Of a stretch of 32,000 nt of DNA, positions 8,742 through 16,746 are shown one piece after another. The notes below the pieces were generated by a model that saw only the letters and a program-made list of their open reading frames with translations, ran no database searches and had not been told where the DNA came from. The stretch covers positions 82,180-114,179 of the forward strand of contig NC_007488.2 in NCBI RefSeq assembly GCF_000012905.2, written 5' to 3'. Position 1 is the first letter of the stretch. The number at the start of each line of letters is the position of its first letter. The position numbers and the translations under genes are program-made. The DNA is from Cereibacter sphaeroides 2.4.1 (lineage in GTDB: Bacteria; Pseudomonadota; Alphaproteobacteria; Rhodobacterales; Rhodobacteraceae).

Positions 8742-9542
8742 ATGCTGCACAATACCGGAAGCCACTGGATCTATTACGACCTGATCGGCGCGCCCGACGC
8801 GCCGGTCGTCTGCATGAGCCACTCGCTGACCTCGGACCACGGCATGTGGGCCGAGCAGGTGCCCGCCTTGCTCGAGGCCGGGTTCCAGGTGCTCAGGATC
8901 GACACCCGCGGCCACGGCGGCAGCAGCGCCCCGCCCGGCGACTACCGGATCGAGGAACTGGCCGGCGACGTGCTCTCGGTGCTCGACGCGCTCGGGTTCG
9001 AGAGCGGCGTCCACATGATCGGCCTGTCGATGGGCGGCATGATCGGGCAGGTGATCGCGGCCGACCATCCCGGCCGGCTCGCCTCGCTCATGGTCTGCTG
9101 CTCGGCCTCGAAATGGATGGGCGACACCGAGCTGATGAAGGGGCGCATCCGCGCGGTGAAGGAGTCCGGCACGCTCGAGAGCATCGTCGCGGCCAACATG
9201 GAACGCCGCTACGGCCCGGGCTTCCGCGAGCGGCGCCCGCTCCGGTGGGAGGCGCTGCGCCAGACCTTCCTCGGCACCAAGCTCGACGGCTATTTCGGCT
9301 GCATGAACGCCTGCCTCACCCACAATGTCGAGCCGCGCCTCGGGCAGATCGACATTCCGGTGCTGGTGGTGGCGGGCTCCGAGGATCCGACCACGCCGCC
9401 GGCCGACAACCGGCTGATCGCCTCCTGCATCCCCGGCGCGCGCTACGCGGAGATCGCGGGCGGCTATCACTTCCCGAACGTCGAATTCGACGGCGAATTC
9501 AACCGGATCATGCTGGACTGGCTGAAGGAACGGCGCGGCTGA
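8742..9542 (+). CDS. Alpha/beta-fold hydrolase (3-oxoadipate enol-lactonase-like)
   Basis: 266 aa. Motifs: RIDTRGHGGS and the nucleophile elbow GLSMGG. The C-terminal GGYHFPNVE carries the His. Confidence 0.85.
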   Translation: MLHNTGSHWIYYDLIGAPDAPVVCMSHSLTSDHGMWAEQVPALLEAGFQVLRIDTRGHGGSSAPPGDYRIEELAGDVLSVLDALGFESGVHMIGLSMGGMIGQVIAADHPGRLASLMVCCSASKWMGDTELMKGRIRAVKESGTLESIVAANMERRYGPGFRERRPLRWEALRQTFLGTKLDGYFGCMNACLTHNVEPRLGQIDIPVLVVAGSEDPTTPPADNRLIASCIPGARYAEIAGGYHFPNVEFDGEFNRIMLDWLKERRG

Positions 9543-9558
9543 GATCCTGCCGCGCAAG

Positions 9559-9585
9559 GGCCCGGACCCCGCGAGGGTCCGGGCC
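9559..9585. terminator. Bidirectional GC-rich stem-loop between convergent genes
   Basis: GGCCCGGACCC-cgcga-GGGTCCGGGCC forms a perfect 11-bp stem with a 5-nt loop, followed by ATTT on the + strand. It lies 17 nt after the hydrolase stop and 7 nt from the minus-strand SDR stop. Confidence 0.6.
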
Positions 9586-9591
9586 ATTTCG

Positions 9592-10335
9592 TCAATGGAA
9601 GGTGCGGCCGTTGTCGATCGCCAGCGCGACGCCCGTGATGGCCGCGGCCTCGTCCGACATCAGGAACAGGATGCCCGCCGCGATCTCCTCGGGCTGGGCC
9701 AGACGGTTCATCGCATAGACCGCGGCCAGCGCCTTGCGGCCCGCCACATCGTCGGGCGCCACGCCCTGATCGGTCATCGGCGTCTCGGTGGCCCCCGGGC
9801 AGATGATGTTCACCCGCACCGCCGGGGCAAGTTCCTTGGCGATGCTCTTCGAGAACATCATCACCGCGGCCTTCGAGGCGGCATAGGCCGAGCCGGTCAG
9901 CGAGGGCAGCAGCGCCTGCGCCGAGGCGATGTTGACGATGGCGGCCTTCGGCTCCTTGCGCAGCCACGGCAGCGCCGCCTGACAGACGAGGAAGGTCCCC
10001 GTCAGGTTCACATCCACCACCCGGCGGAACTCCTCGACGCCGATATCGTCCACGGTCTTCATGGTCAGGATGCCCGCCGAATTGAGCAGCCCGTCGATGC
10101 CGCCGAGCGCCTCCGCCGCGCGGCCCACGACGGTTTCGACCGCCGCCTCGTCGGTCACGTCGAGCGCGAAGACATGGCCCCCCGTCTCGTCCGCCGTCAC
10201 CTGCGCCGCCGCCTCGTCGCGGTCGATCAGCGCCAGCGTCGCCCCCTCGCGCGCGAACTGGCGCGCGGACTCGCGGCCGATGCCCGAGCCTGCTCCGGTG
10301 ATGACGATCTTGCGGCCTGCCAGACGTCCGGTCAT
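9592..10335 (-). CDS. Short-chain dehydrogenase/reductase (SDR)
   Basis: In-frame ATG at 10335 within track ORF 9592..11406. Motifs: MTGRLAGRKIVITGAGSGIGRE, LLNSAGI, YAASKAA. It is divergent from the LysR gene. Confidence 0.9.
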   Translation of the reverse strand: MTGRLAGRKIVITGAGSGIGRESARQFAREGATLALIDRDEAAAQVTADETGGHVFALDVTDEAAVETVVGRAAEALGGIDGLLNSAGILTMKTVDDIGVEEFRRVVDVNLTGTFLVCQAALPWLRKEPKAAIVNIASAQALLPSLTGSAYAASKAAVMMFSKSIAKELAPAVRVNIICPGATETPMTDQGVAPDDVAGRKALAAVYAMNRLAQPEEIAAGILFLMSDEAAAITGVALAIDNGRTFH

Positions 10336-10446
10336 GATGAATCCTCCCTTTCTCCGCACCCTGCGGAGCCGGCCCGACTGTCGCGCGCAAGGCGGCCGGG
10401 ATGCCAATACCTTCGGCTGGCCCGGCCGATGCCGCTGAGGTATTAG

Positions 10447-11349
10447 ATGCTGCAGACTCGTCATTTCCGCTACTTTCTGGCCGTCGCGGAAGAGCTGAAC
10501 TTCCACCGGGCGGCCGAGCGGCTGAACCTGTCGCAGCCCGCGCTCTGGCGGCAGATCCGCGATCTCGAGGCCGAGATGGGCACGCCGCTTCTCGAGCGCG
10601 AGCCGCGCGGCATCAGCCTCACCCGGGCGGGCGCGGCCTTCCTCGAAGACTGCCGCGACATTCTCGAGCGGGTCGAGAATGCCCGGCTCCGCGCGCGGCG
10701 CATTGCGCAAGGGGAGCTCGGCACGCTGCACATCGGCTTCAACGAGATCGCCGGCCGCCGCCCCGAGATGCCGCGCTTCCTGCAGGCCTTCCGCCGCGCC
10801 TTCCCCGAGGTGAGCCTCCAGCTCCATTTCCTCATGTCGCAGCTTCAGGTCGATGCGCTGCGCGGCGGCAGCCTCGATGCGGGCTTCCTCCTGCGCCCGC
10901 GGGGCGAGCGGACGGATTTCCAGACGCTGCGGATCGGCGAGGACGACTATGCCCTCGCCCTGCCGCGCGATCATCCGCTGACCCGGCGGGAGGGGATCCG
11001 GCTCACGGATCTGTCGGATCAGGCGCTGATCCTGCCCAACCCGCGCAACAATGCGGTGATCTACGACCGGCTGATGACGCGGCTGCGCGACGCGGGCGTG
11101 TCGGCGCGGATCGCGCAGTTCGCCGACAACGAGAACACGATCATGAATCTCGTCGATGCGGGCATGGGGCTGGCGTTCCTGAACCTGTCCTTCCGCCCGC
11201 CCGAGGCCAGCGGCGTGGTGCTCAGACCCTTGGCCGATCTGACCATGCCCGTCGATCTGGAGCTGGTCTGGCGCGGCGCGAATGCCAATCCCGCCCTGGC
11301 CCATCTGGTCGAGCTCGTCCGCGTGCAGGCCGAGGCGCCCGCCGCCTGA
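10447..11349 (+). CDS. LysR-family transcriptional regulator
   Basis: 300 aa. The N-terminus MLQTRHFRYFLAVAEELNFHRAAERLNLSQPALWRQIRDLE is the canonical LTTR HTH. Confidence 0.9.
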   Translation: MLQTRHFRYFLAVAEELNFHRAAERLNLSQPALWRQIRDLEAEMGTPLLEREPRGISLTRAGAAFLEDCRDILERVENARLRARRIAQGELGTLHIGFNEIAGRRPEMPRFLQAFRRAFPEVSLQLHFLMSQLQVDALRGGSLDAGFLLRPRGERTDFQTLRIGEDDYALALPRDHPLTRREGIRLTDLSDQALILPNPRNNAVIYDRLMTRLRDAGVSARIAQFADNENTIMNLVDAGMGLAFLNLSFRPPEASGVVLRPLADLTMPVDLELVWRGANANPALAHLVELVRVQAEAPAA

Positions 11350-11489
11350 GCCGATGCCCGCAAGGTATCGTGGACGCGCCCAGACGGCATTTGCCGCAGC
11401 CCGCACTCCGGCGTCTCATGGGCTCGGAGGAGGTCCGCACGGGTTCGGGAGGAGCATCGGGGCGGGCTGCGCAACAGCAGAGAGAAGCC

Positions 11490-12683
11490 ATGAACCAGCA
11501 GAACACGATTTCCGCAGCTCCTGCGGACACGATGGCCGAACGGGCCCGGGCCATCGCCCCCCTCGTGCGGGCCGAGGCGCAGGCCTCGGAAGAGCTCGGG
11601 ACGATGACGCCCAAGGTGGTGCAGGCCATCAAGGAGGCGGGCCTCTTCTGGATGCTCCTCGAGCGCAAGGTGGGCGGCGCCCAGGCCGACATGGCCGATT
11701 GCATGCGCGCCTGGGAAGAGATCGCCGCCGCCGACGCCTCGGCCGGCTGGTCGCTGATGGCCAACTCGACAGGCACCGCCGTTCCTTACGCCTATTGCAG
11801 CGAGGAGGCGGTGGCCGAGATCTACGGCGGCCCCGAACTGCCGATCATGGCCGGGATGCTCGGGCCGGGCGGCTCGGCGAAGGAGACCGAGGGCGCGCTC
11901 CACGGCAGCGGCAAATATCGCTTCGGCAGCGGCTCGCTGCATGCGACCTGGATCGGCGCGGGCATGTTCGTGATGGACGAGGGCGGCATGCGCAAGCTGC
12001 CTGACGGCAGCCCCGTCGTGCGCGTCTGCTGGCGGCCGGCCTCGGAGGTCACGTTCGACAATGAATGGAACGTGCTCGGCCTGCGCGGCACGGGCAGCGT
12101 CGATTACACGCTGGAGGAAGCCACGATCCCCGCGGGCTTCCACCACGAGCGCGCGGTCCAGCGCGGCCTGCGCGACTGGCGGCTCTACGACATCGGCATC
12201 CCGGGCCTCGCCTGTGCGGGCCACACCGGGGTGGCGCTCGGCCTGATGCGCCGCGCGCTGGAAGAGATCACCCGCATCGCCTTCGGCAAGAAGCGCCCGG
12301 CCTATCAGACCGTGCTGGGCGACCAGCAGGTCTTCCGCCACGATTTCGCCTATCACGAGGCGAGCTATCACGCGGCGCGCGACTTCACCCTGCGCTTCTA
12401 CGCCGAGATCCAGGAGTATCTGGAGGCGGGCGGCGAGCTCACGCCCGCCATGCGCGCGCGCTTCCGGCAGAACTGCATCTATGTCCACAAGGTCGCGGCC
12501 GAGGTTGTGCGCTTCTGCTACACGATGGGCGGCTCCGAGGCGCTGCGCGAGCCGAGCGATCTCGGGCGCTGCATGCGCGACATGTATGCCGCGACCCAGC
12601 ATATCTTCGTCGATACGATCGCCATGCAGGACATCGCGGTGCCGATCCTCGCCGAATGGAGAGAGCAGGCCGCCGCGCAATGA
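11490..12683 (+). CDS. Acyl-CoA-dehydrogenase-fold flavin-dependent monooxygenase, oxygenase component (HpaH-C2/DszC/SfnB-like)
   Basis: In-frame ATG at 11490 within track ORF 10401..12683, giving ~397 aa. The layout is ACAD-like (GWSLMANSTG, NEWNVLGLRGTGS). A flavin reductase is encoded two genes downstream. Confidence 0.75.
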   Translation: MNQQNTISAAPADTMAERARAIAPLVRAEAQASEELGTMTPKVVQAIKEAGLFWMLLERKVGGAQADMADCMRAWEEIAAADASAGWSLMANSTGTAVPYAYCSEEAVAEIYGGPELPIMAGMLGPGGSAKETEGALHGSGKYRFGSGSLHATWIGAGMFVMDEGGMRKLPDGSPVVRVCWRPASEVTFDNEWNVLGLRGTGSVDYTLEEATIPAGFHHERAVQRGLRDWRLYDIGIPGLACAGHTGVALGLMRRALEEITRIAFGKKRPAYQTVLGDQQVFRHDFAYHEASYHAARDFTLRFYAEIQEYLEAGGELTPAMRARFRQNCIYVHKVAAEVVRFCYTMGGSEALREPSDLGRCMRDMYAATQHIFVDTIAMQDIAVPILAEWREQAAAQ

Positions 12684-13444
12684 GCGGCCCCTTCGACCTG
12701 ACGGGTCGGGTCGCCGTCGTCACCGGGGCCGGTCGCGGCCTCGGCGCGGCGATGGCCGAGGCGCTGGCCGCCGCGGGCGCCACGGTCGTGCTCTCGGGGC
12801 GCGATCCGGGCCCGCTCGAACGCACCGCCGCGGCCATCCGCGCGGCGGGCGGCGCGGCCTCGGTCACGCTCTGCGACATAACGAAGCGCGCCGAGGTCGA
12901 GGCTCTGGTGGCGGAGACCGAAGCGCGTCACGGCCGCCTCGACGTGCTCGTGAACAATGCGGGCATCACCGGGCGCTCGGCGCTGACCGAGGTCGAGGAT
13001 GCCGACTGGGATCTGATGCTCCGCACCCACATGACCGGCCCCTTCATGGCCTGCCGCGCGGCGCTGCCCGGCATGATGCGGCGCGGCGCGGGCAAGATCG
13101 TCAACACCGTCTCGGTGCTGGGAGAGCTCGGCCGGCCCTGGGTGGTGCCCTATGCGGCGGCCAAGGGCGGGCTGCGGATGCTGACGCGGGCCCTTGCCAC
13201 CGAGGTGGCGGGCGCCAACATTCAGGTCAACGGCATCGGCCCGGGCTATTTCGAGACCGAGATGAATGCGGCCATCGTCCAGAACGAGGCGCTCCATGCC
13301 GAGCGCGTGGCCCGCGTGCCCGCCCGGCGCTGGGGCCGCCCTGTCGAACTCGGCGGAACCGCGGTCTATCTCGCCTCGGCGGCGTCCGATTACGTCAACG
13401 GGCAGATCATCTATGTCGACGGCGGCCTGACCGCCTCATTCTAG
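12680..13444 (+). CDS. Short-chain dehydrogenase/reductase (gluconate 5-dehydrogenase-like SDR)
   Basis: ATG 12680 overlaps the monooxygenase stop (ATGA). Motifs: VAVVTGAGRGLGAA, LVNNAGI, YAAAKGG. Confidence 0.9.
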   Translation: MSGPFDLTGRVAVVTGAGRGLGAAMAEALAAAGATVVLSGRDPGPLERTAAAIRAAGGAASVTLCDITKRAEVEALVAETEARHGRLDVLVNNAGITGRSALTEVEDADWDLMLRTHMTGPFMACRAALPGMMRRGAGKIVNTVSVLGELGRPWVVPYAAAKGGLRMLTRALATEVAGANIQVNGIGPGYFETEMNAAIVQNEALHAERVARVPARRWGRPVELGGTAVYLASAASDYVNGQIIYVDGGLTASF

Positions 13445-13453
13445 GAGAGACGC

Positions 13454-13981
13454 ATGTCCGCGCCCGATCAGGCCCAGGAATTCCGCGAGGCGATGAGCCG
13501 GCTCGCCAGCGGCGTGAGCCTCGTCACCACCCGCAGCCTCGCAGGCGTGCCGCACGGGATGCTGGCCACCGCCGTGACCTCGGTCTCGGCTGCCCCGCCG
13601 ATGCTTCTGGTCTGCATCAACCGCTCGGCCACGCTGCTGGCCGACCTGCTCGAGCGCGAGGCCTTCTGCGTGAACTTCCTCGGCGCGCATCATCAGGACC
13701 TCGCGGGGCGGTTTTTCTCGGCCGAGGGCCGCGCGCAGCGGTTTCAGACCGGGCCCTGGACGGAGCTTGCGACCGGCGTGCCGGTGCTCGGCGACAGTCT
13801 CGCCGCGCTCGACTGCCGGCTGGATCGCGCGGTCGAGGCTGGCACCCACAGCGTGCTCTTCGGCCGGGTCGAGGCGATCCGCCTGTCGCCCCCCGGCGAG
13901 GTGCAGCCGATGATCCACTACCTGCGCCAGTATCGCCGGCTGGAAAGCCCCGAGGCACAGCCCAGCGAAGCCGCCTCCTGA
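13454..13981 (+). CDS. NAD(P)H-flavin reductase (HpaC/flavin_reduct family)
   Basis: 175 aa. FREAMSRLASGVSLVTT...GMLATAVTSVSAAPPMLLVCINRSA is typical of the small flavin reductase components of two-component monooxygenases. Confidence 0.85.
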   Translation: MSAPDQAQEFREAMSRLASGVSLVTTRSLAGVPHGMLATAVTSVSAAPPMLLVCINRSATLLADLLEREAFCVNFLGAHHQDLAGRFFSAEGRAQRFQTGPWTELATGVPVLGDSLAALDCRLDRAVEAGTHSVLFGRVEAIRLSPPGEVQPMIHYLRQYRRLESPEAQPSEAAS

Positions 13982-14010
13982 TCCCTGTCCGCGCCGGCGA
14001 GGGCCAGAGC

Positions 14011-14040
14011 GCCGCGAAGCCCCACCCGGGCTTTCGCGGC
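14011..14040 (+). terminator. Putative terminator stem-loop after the flavin reductase gene
   Basis: GCCGCGAAGCCC-cacc-GGGCTTTCGCGGC forms a 12-bp stem with one bulged T, 30 nt after the stop codon. No clean T-tract follows (CTCTGTCATCT). Confidence 0.4.
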
Positions 14041-14105
14041 CTCTGTCATCTGCTGATCCTGCCGCCTCGCCGAAGGCCCGCGGAGATCCGGCCCCGACTG
14101 CGGGA

Positions 14106-14130
14106 TCCGGCGGCCCATCGGGCCGCCGGA
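14106..14130 (-). terminator. Putative terminator stem-loop after the SIS gene (minus strand)
   Basis: TCCGGCGGCCC-atc-GGGCCGCCGGA forms a perfect 11-bp stem with a 3-nt loop, 11 nt beyond the stop at 14141. There is no U-tract. Confidence 0.5.
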
Positions 14131-14140
14131 GGCGCTTGGC

Positions 14141-15154
14141 TCAGTAGGCCACGCGCTTGTAGTAGCGCCGCGTGACCAGCGGGTGGTCGCGCATCACTTC
14201 GAGATGGGCGCTCAGACGCTCCATCAGCGTGGCCATCACGGCGGGCGAGATCATCGCGCGCAGCTCGGGCGAGAGCGTCTGCGGGCAGTAGTCGGCGGTC
14301 GAGATCACCGTCAGCCGGTCGGTATATTGCCGCGCGAACTGCGCCACGCGCTCGGCCAGCGGGTCGTAGGCATCCTCGCCGCGGAACAGCACGAGGCTCA
14401 CCCCCGGCTCGATCAGTTCGAGCGGGCCGTGGAAGAAGTCCGACGCATGGACGGGCCGGGTGCGGATCCACTGCATCTCCTCGAGGATGCAGGTCGCGTA
14501 ATAGAGCGCCTCGGGCCACATGTTCCCCGCGCCGGTGAACATGTGATAGTCGGCGCCCGCGATGAGGCGCGCATGATCCTCGGCCTTGGGTTCGAAGGCC
14601 TTCTTGGCCGCGACCAGCGCCGCGGGCACGGTCTGAAGCTCGGCCACCAGCGCATCGTAAGTGTCGATCTCGCCGCGGGCCTTCATGACCGACAGGGCGA
14701 TGAGCAGCGACTGGAGGTAGAAGCTCTCGGACGAGGTGTCATCCTCGGCGAAGTTCACCAGCGCCGGGTTGCCGCCGAGGCCGAGCGGCGTGTCGGCATG
14801 GCCCACCAGCGTGATGATCTTGGCGCCCACTTCCTTCAGCTTCTCGAGCATGGCCACGCTCTCCTTCGTGGCGCCCGAGAGCGAGGGCATCACCACGATG
14901 GACTTGTCGGTGAGATTGGCCGAACCGGTCAGGATCAGCTCCGCCGGATAGTCCTTGAAGGTCGGGAAGCCCGAACGGCGGTGCAGCAGCTGGACGGCGG
15001 GCTCCATCAGATAGGCCACGCCCCCGGTCCCGAGGAAATAGAGGTTGGTCGCGCCCGCCGCGATGGCCGCGCCGATCTCGGCGTCGATCCGGGGCGCGAG
15101 CGCCACGGCGCCCGACTGGATGCGGAGGAAGCGGTCCTCGTTGAAATTCAGCAT
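14141..15154 (-). CDS. Two-SIS-domain protein, fructosamine-6-phosphate deglycase (FrlB/FraB)-like, phosphosugar-binding motif intact
   Basis: 337 aa. FLGTGGVAYL and VVMPSLSGATKES match the SxSGxT phosphate loop known from the GlmS SQSGET motif. The second half has TGAGNMWPEALY and VHASDFFHGPLELIEPG. AAGAGGA Shine-Dalgarno lies before the ATG. Confidence 0.8.
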   Translation of the reverse strand: MLNFNEDRFLRIQSGAVALAPRIDAEIGAAIAAGATNLYFLGTGGVAYLMEPAVQLLHRRSGFPTFKDYPAELILTGSANLTDKSIVVMPSLSGATKESVAMLEKLKEVGAKIITLVGHADTPLGLGGNPALVNFAEDDTSSESFYLQSLLIALSVMKARGEIDTYDALVAELQTVPAALVAAKKAFEPKAEDHARLIAGADYHMFTGAGNMWPEALYYATCILEEMQWIRTRPVHASDFFHGPLELIEPGVSLVLFRGEDAYDPLAERVAQFARQYTDRLTVISTADYCPQTLSPELRAMISPAVMATLMERLSAHLEVMRDHPLVTRRYYKRVAY

Positions 15155-15246
15155 GTCTGATCCTCTTGGTTTCGCCCCGGAGGGCAGGTGTTCGGGGCCC
15201 GGCCGCGGGCTGCGGCAGGGGACAGGAAAGGGAAGGGGCGGCGCGG

Positions 15247-16746
15247 TCAGGCGGTGAGCTCTGCCACGCGGGAGGCCAGCCGCTCGGAGGCCGCCTCGAG
15301 CGCTGCCGACCGCCGGGTCCTCAGCCCGGCATCCGCGGCAAGGCGGGCCTCCATCTCGGCGAGAAGGGCCGAGACCACCTCGGGCGCGGTGCCGCCCGGC
15401 ACGGTGCGCGCCCGCACCGCCTCGACCGGATCCATCCAGCGCCTGAGCCGCTCTTCGGGCAGATCGAAGCTGCGGCCGATCTCGGCTTCGGCCGCCTCGT
15501 TCAGCACCGCGACCGTCAGCTCCTCGGCGCCGCCGCCCGCGGCCAGCACCATCTGCACCGCGCGCCCCACCACATGATGGGCGTCGCGGAACGAGATGCC
15601 GAAATCGCGCACGAGCCCGTCGGCGAGATCCGTCGCGGTCGAGAAATTGGCCTTGCAGCGCGCCAGCAGCTTTTCGGCATCCGGCGTGGCCGTCTCGAAG
15701 ATCAGCCGCAGCAGCGAGAGGCCCGCCTCGAACCGGGCGAAGGCGGGCCAGGCGTCGGCCACCCCCTCGCGCACGCTGTCGAGCCCGATGGAATAGTTCG
15801 ACCCCTTCACCGCCGCGAGAGCGCCCGCCAGCGCCCCGATGCTGCGCCCGGCCTCGGCCCGAAAATATTCGAGCGGCAGCATGTTCTTCTTCTGCGGCAT
15901 GATCGAGGACGTGCCCGCCACCCGGTCGGGGAAGGTCAGCGCGCCGAACTCCCAGGTGGTGAAGACATAGAGATCCTGCGCCACGCGCGAGAACAGCACC
16001 TGCGCGCTGGTGACGGCCCAGAGAAGCTCGGTCACGAAATCGCGCGAGGCCACGGCATCGAGCCCCGGTGCGGCCGGTCCGGCAAAGCCCAGAAGGTCCG
16101 CCGTCTCGTCGCGGTTGATGGCAAAGGAGGTGCCGGCCAGCGCCGCCGACCCGAGCGGGCAGGCGTCGAGCCGGTCGAGCACCGCCGCGAGCCGCTCATG
16201 CTCGCGCTCCATCCCGCGGGCGACGTTGGCGAGATAATAGCCGAAGGTGATGGGCTGCGCGGGCTGGAGGTGGGTGTAGCCCGGCATCACGGTCAGCACA
16301 TGGCGCCCGGCCGCCGCGAGACAGGCGCGGCGGGCCTCTTCCATCGCGGCCAGAAGCGCAAGGCAGGTCTCGCGCGCGGCCATCCGGTCGAGGGTCGAGC
16401 CGATGTCGTTGCGGCTGCGCCCGACATGGAGCCAGCCCGCCACCGCCTTGCCCGCCACCTGCCCGAGCCGGTTCTCGAAGGCGAAATAGCTGTCCTCGAA
16501 CTGCGGATCGAGGTCGATGGCGGCGGGGCCCTCGGCGCGGATCTGCGCGATGCCGCGCAGGATGTCGCGCGCGCAATCGGCCGGGATCAGCCCGCGGGCG
16601 GCCAGCATCGCGGCATGGGCCTCGTTCAGCGCGCACATCCGCTCCAGCGCCGGGGCGTCGAAGCCCTGCATCGGCGGCTCGTAGATGGTGCGGGCCACCT
16701 CGGCCGCGGTGCGTTCCGTCAGGCGGGAGCTCACGGAGTTCTTCAT
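15247..16746 (-). CDS. Argininosuccinate-lyase-family (aspartase/fumarase superfamily) C-N lyase, probably not housekeeping ArgH
   Basis: 499 aa. All three conserved superfamily regions are present: VGRSRNDIGSTL, GYTHLQPAQPITFG and the signature loop GTSSIMPQKKN. It is embedded in an amino-acid ABC importer operon. Confidence 0.85.
   Translation of the reverse strand: MKNSVSSRLTERTAAEVARTIYEPPMQGFDAPALERMCALNEAHAAMLAARGLIPADCARDILRGIAQIRAEGPAAIDLDPQFEDSYFAFENRLGQVAGKAVAGWLHVGRSRNDIGSTLDRMAARETCLALLAAMEEARRACLAAAGRHVLTVMPGYTHLQPAQPITFGYYLANVARGMEREHERLAAVLDRLDACPLGSAALAGTSFAINRDETADLLGFAGPAAPGLDAVASRDFVTELLWAVTSAQVLFSRVAQDLYVFTTWEFGALTFPDRVAGTSSIMPQKKNMLPLEYFRAEAGRSIGALAGALAAVKGSNYSIGLDSVREGVADAWPAFARFEAGLSLLRLIFETATPDAEKLLARCKANFSTATDLADGLVRDFGISFRDAHHVVGRAVQMVLAAGGGAEELTVAVLNEAAEAEIGRSFDLPEERLRRWMDPVEAVRARTVPGGTAPEVVSALLAEMEARLAADAGLRTRRSAALEAASERLASRVAELTA

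Noticed and set aside
10406-10444. Inverted repeat AATACCT-N25-AGGTATT just upstream of the LysR start codon
   Set aside because: The arms are only 7 bp, and the 25-nt spacing does not fit the canonical LTTR T-N11-A box. It could still be regulatory, but the sequence alone does not support a call.
9595-10446. 283-aa plus-strand ORF, and the N-terminal 350+ aa of track ORFs 9592..11406(-) and 10401..12683(+)
   Set aside because: The real genes use internal starts (SDR at 10335, monooxygenase at 11490). The extensions run antisense through the LysR gene or the intergenic DNA and are low-complexity.
11061-12680. 539-aa minus-strand ORF and 564-aa plus-strand ORF 12481..14175
   Set aside because: They are antisense to or out of frame with the monooxygenase, SDR and flavin reductase genes. 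There are no motifs. 12481..14175 would also run through two hairpins and the convergent intergenic region.
15155-15246. 92-bp gap between the lyase and SIS genes, with a GCCCCG...CGGGGC pairing
   Set aside because: The stem is only 6 bp with a 13-nt loop, which is too weak to call a structure. The gap does contain a plausible Shine-Dalgarno (AAGAGGA) for the SIS gene.
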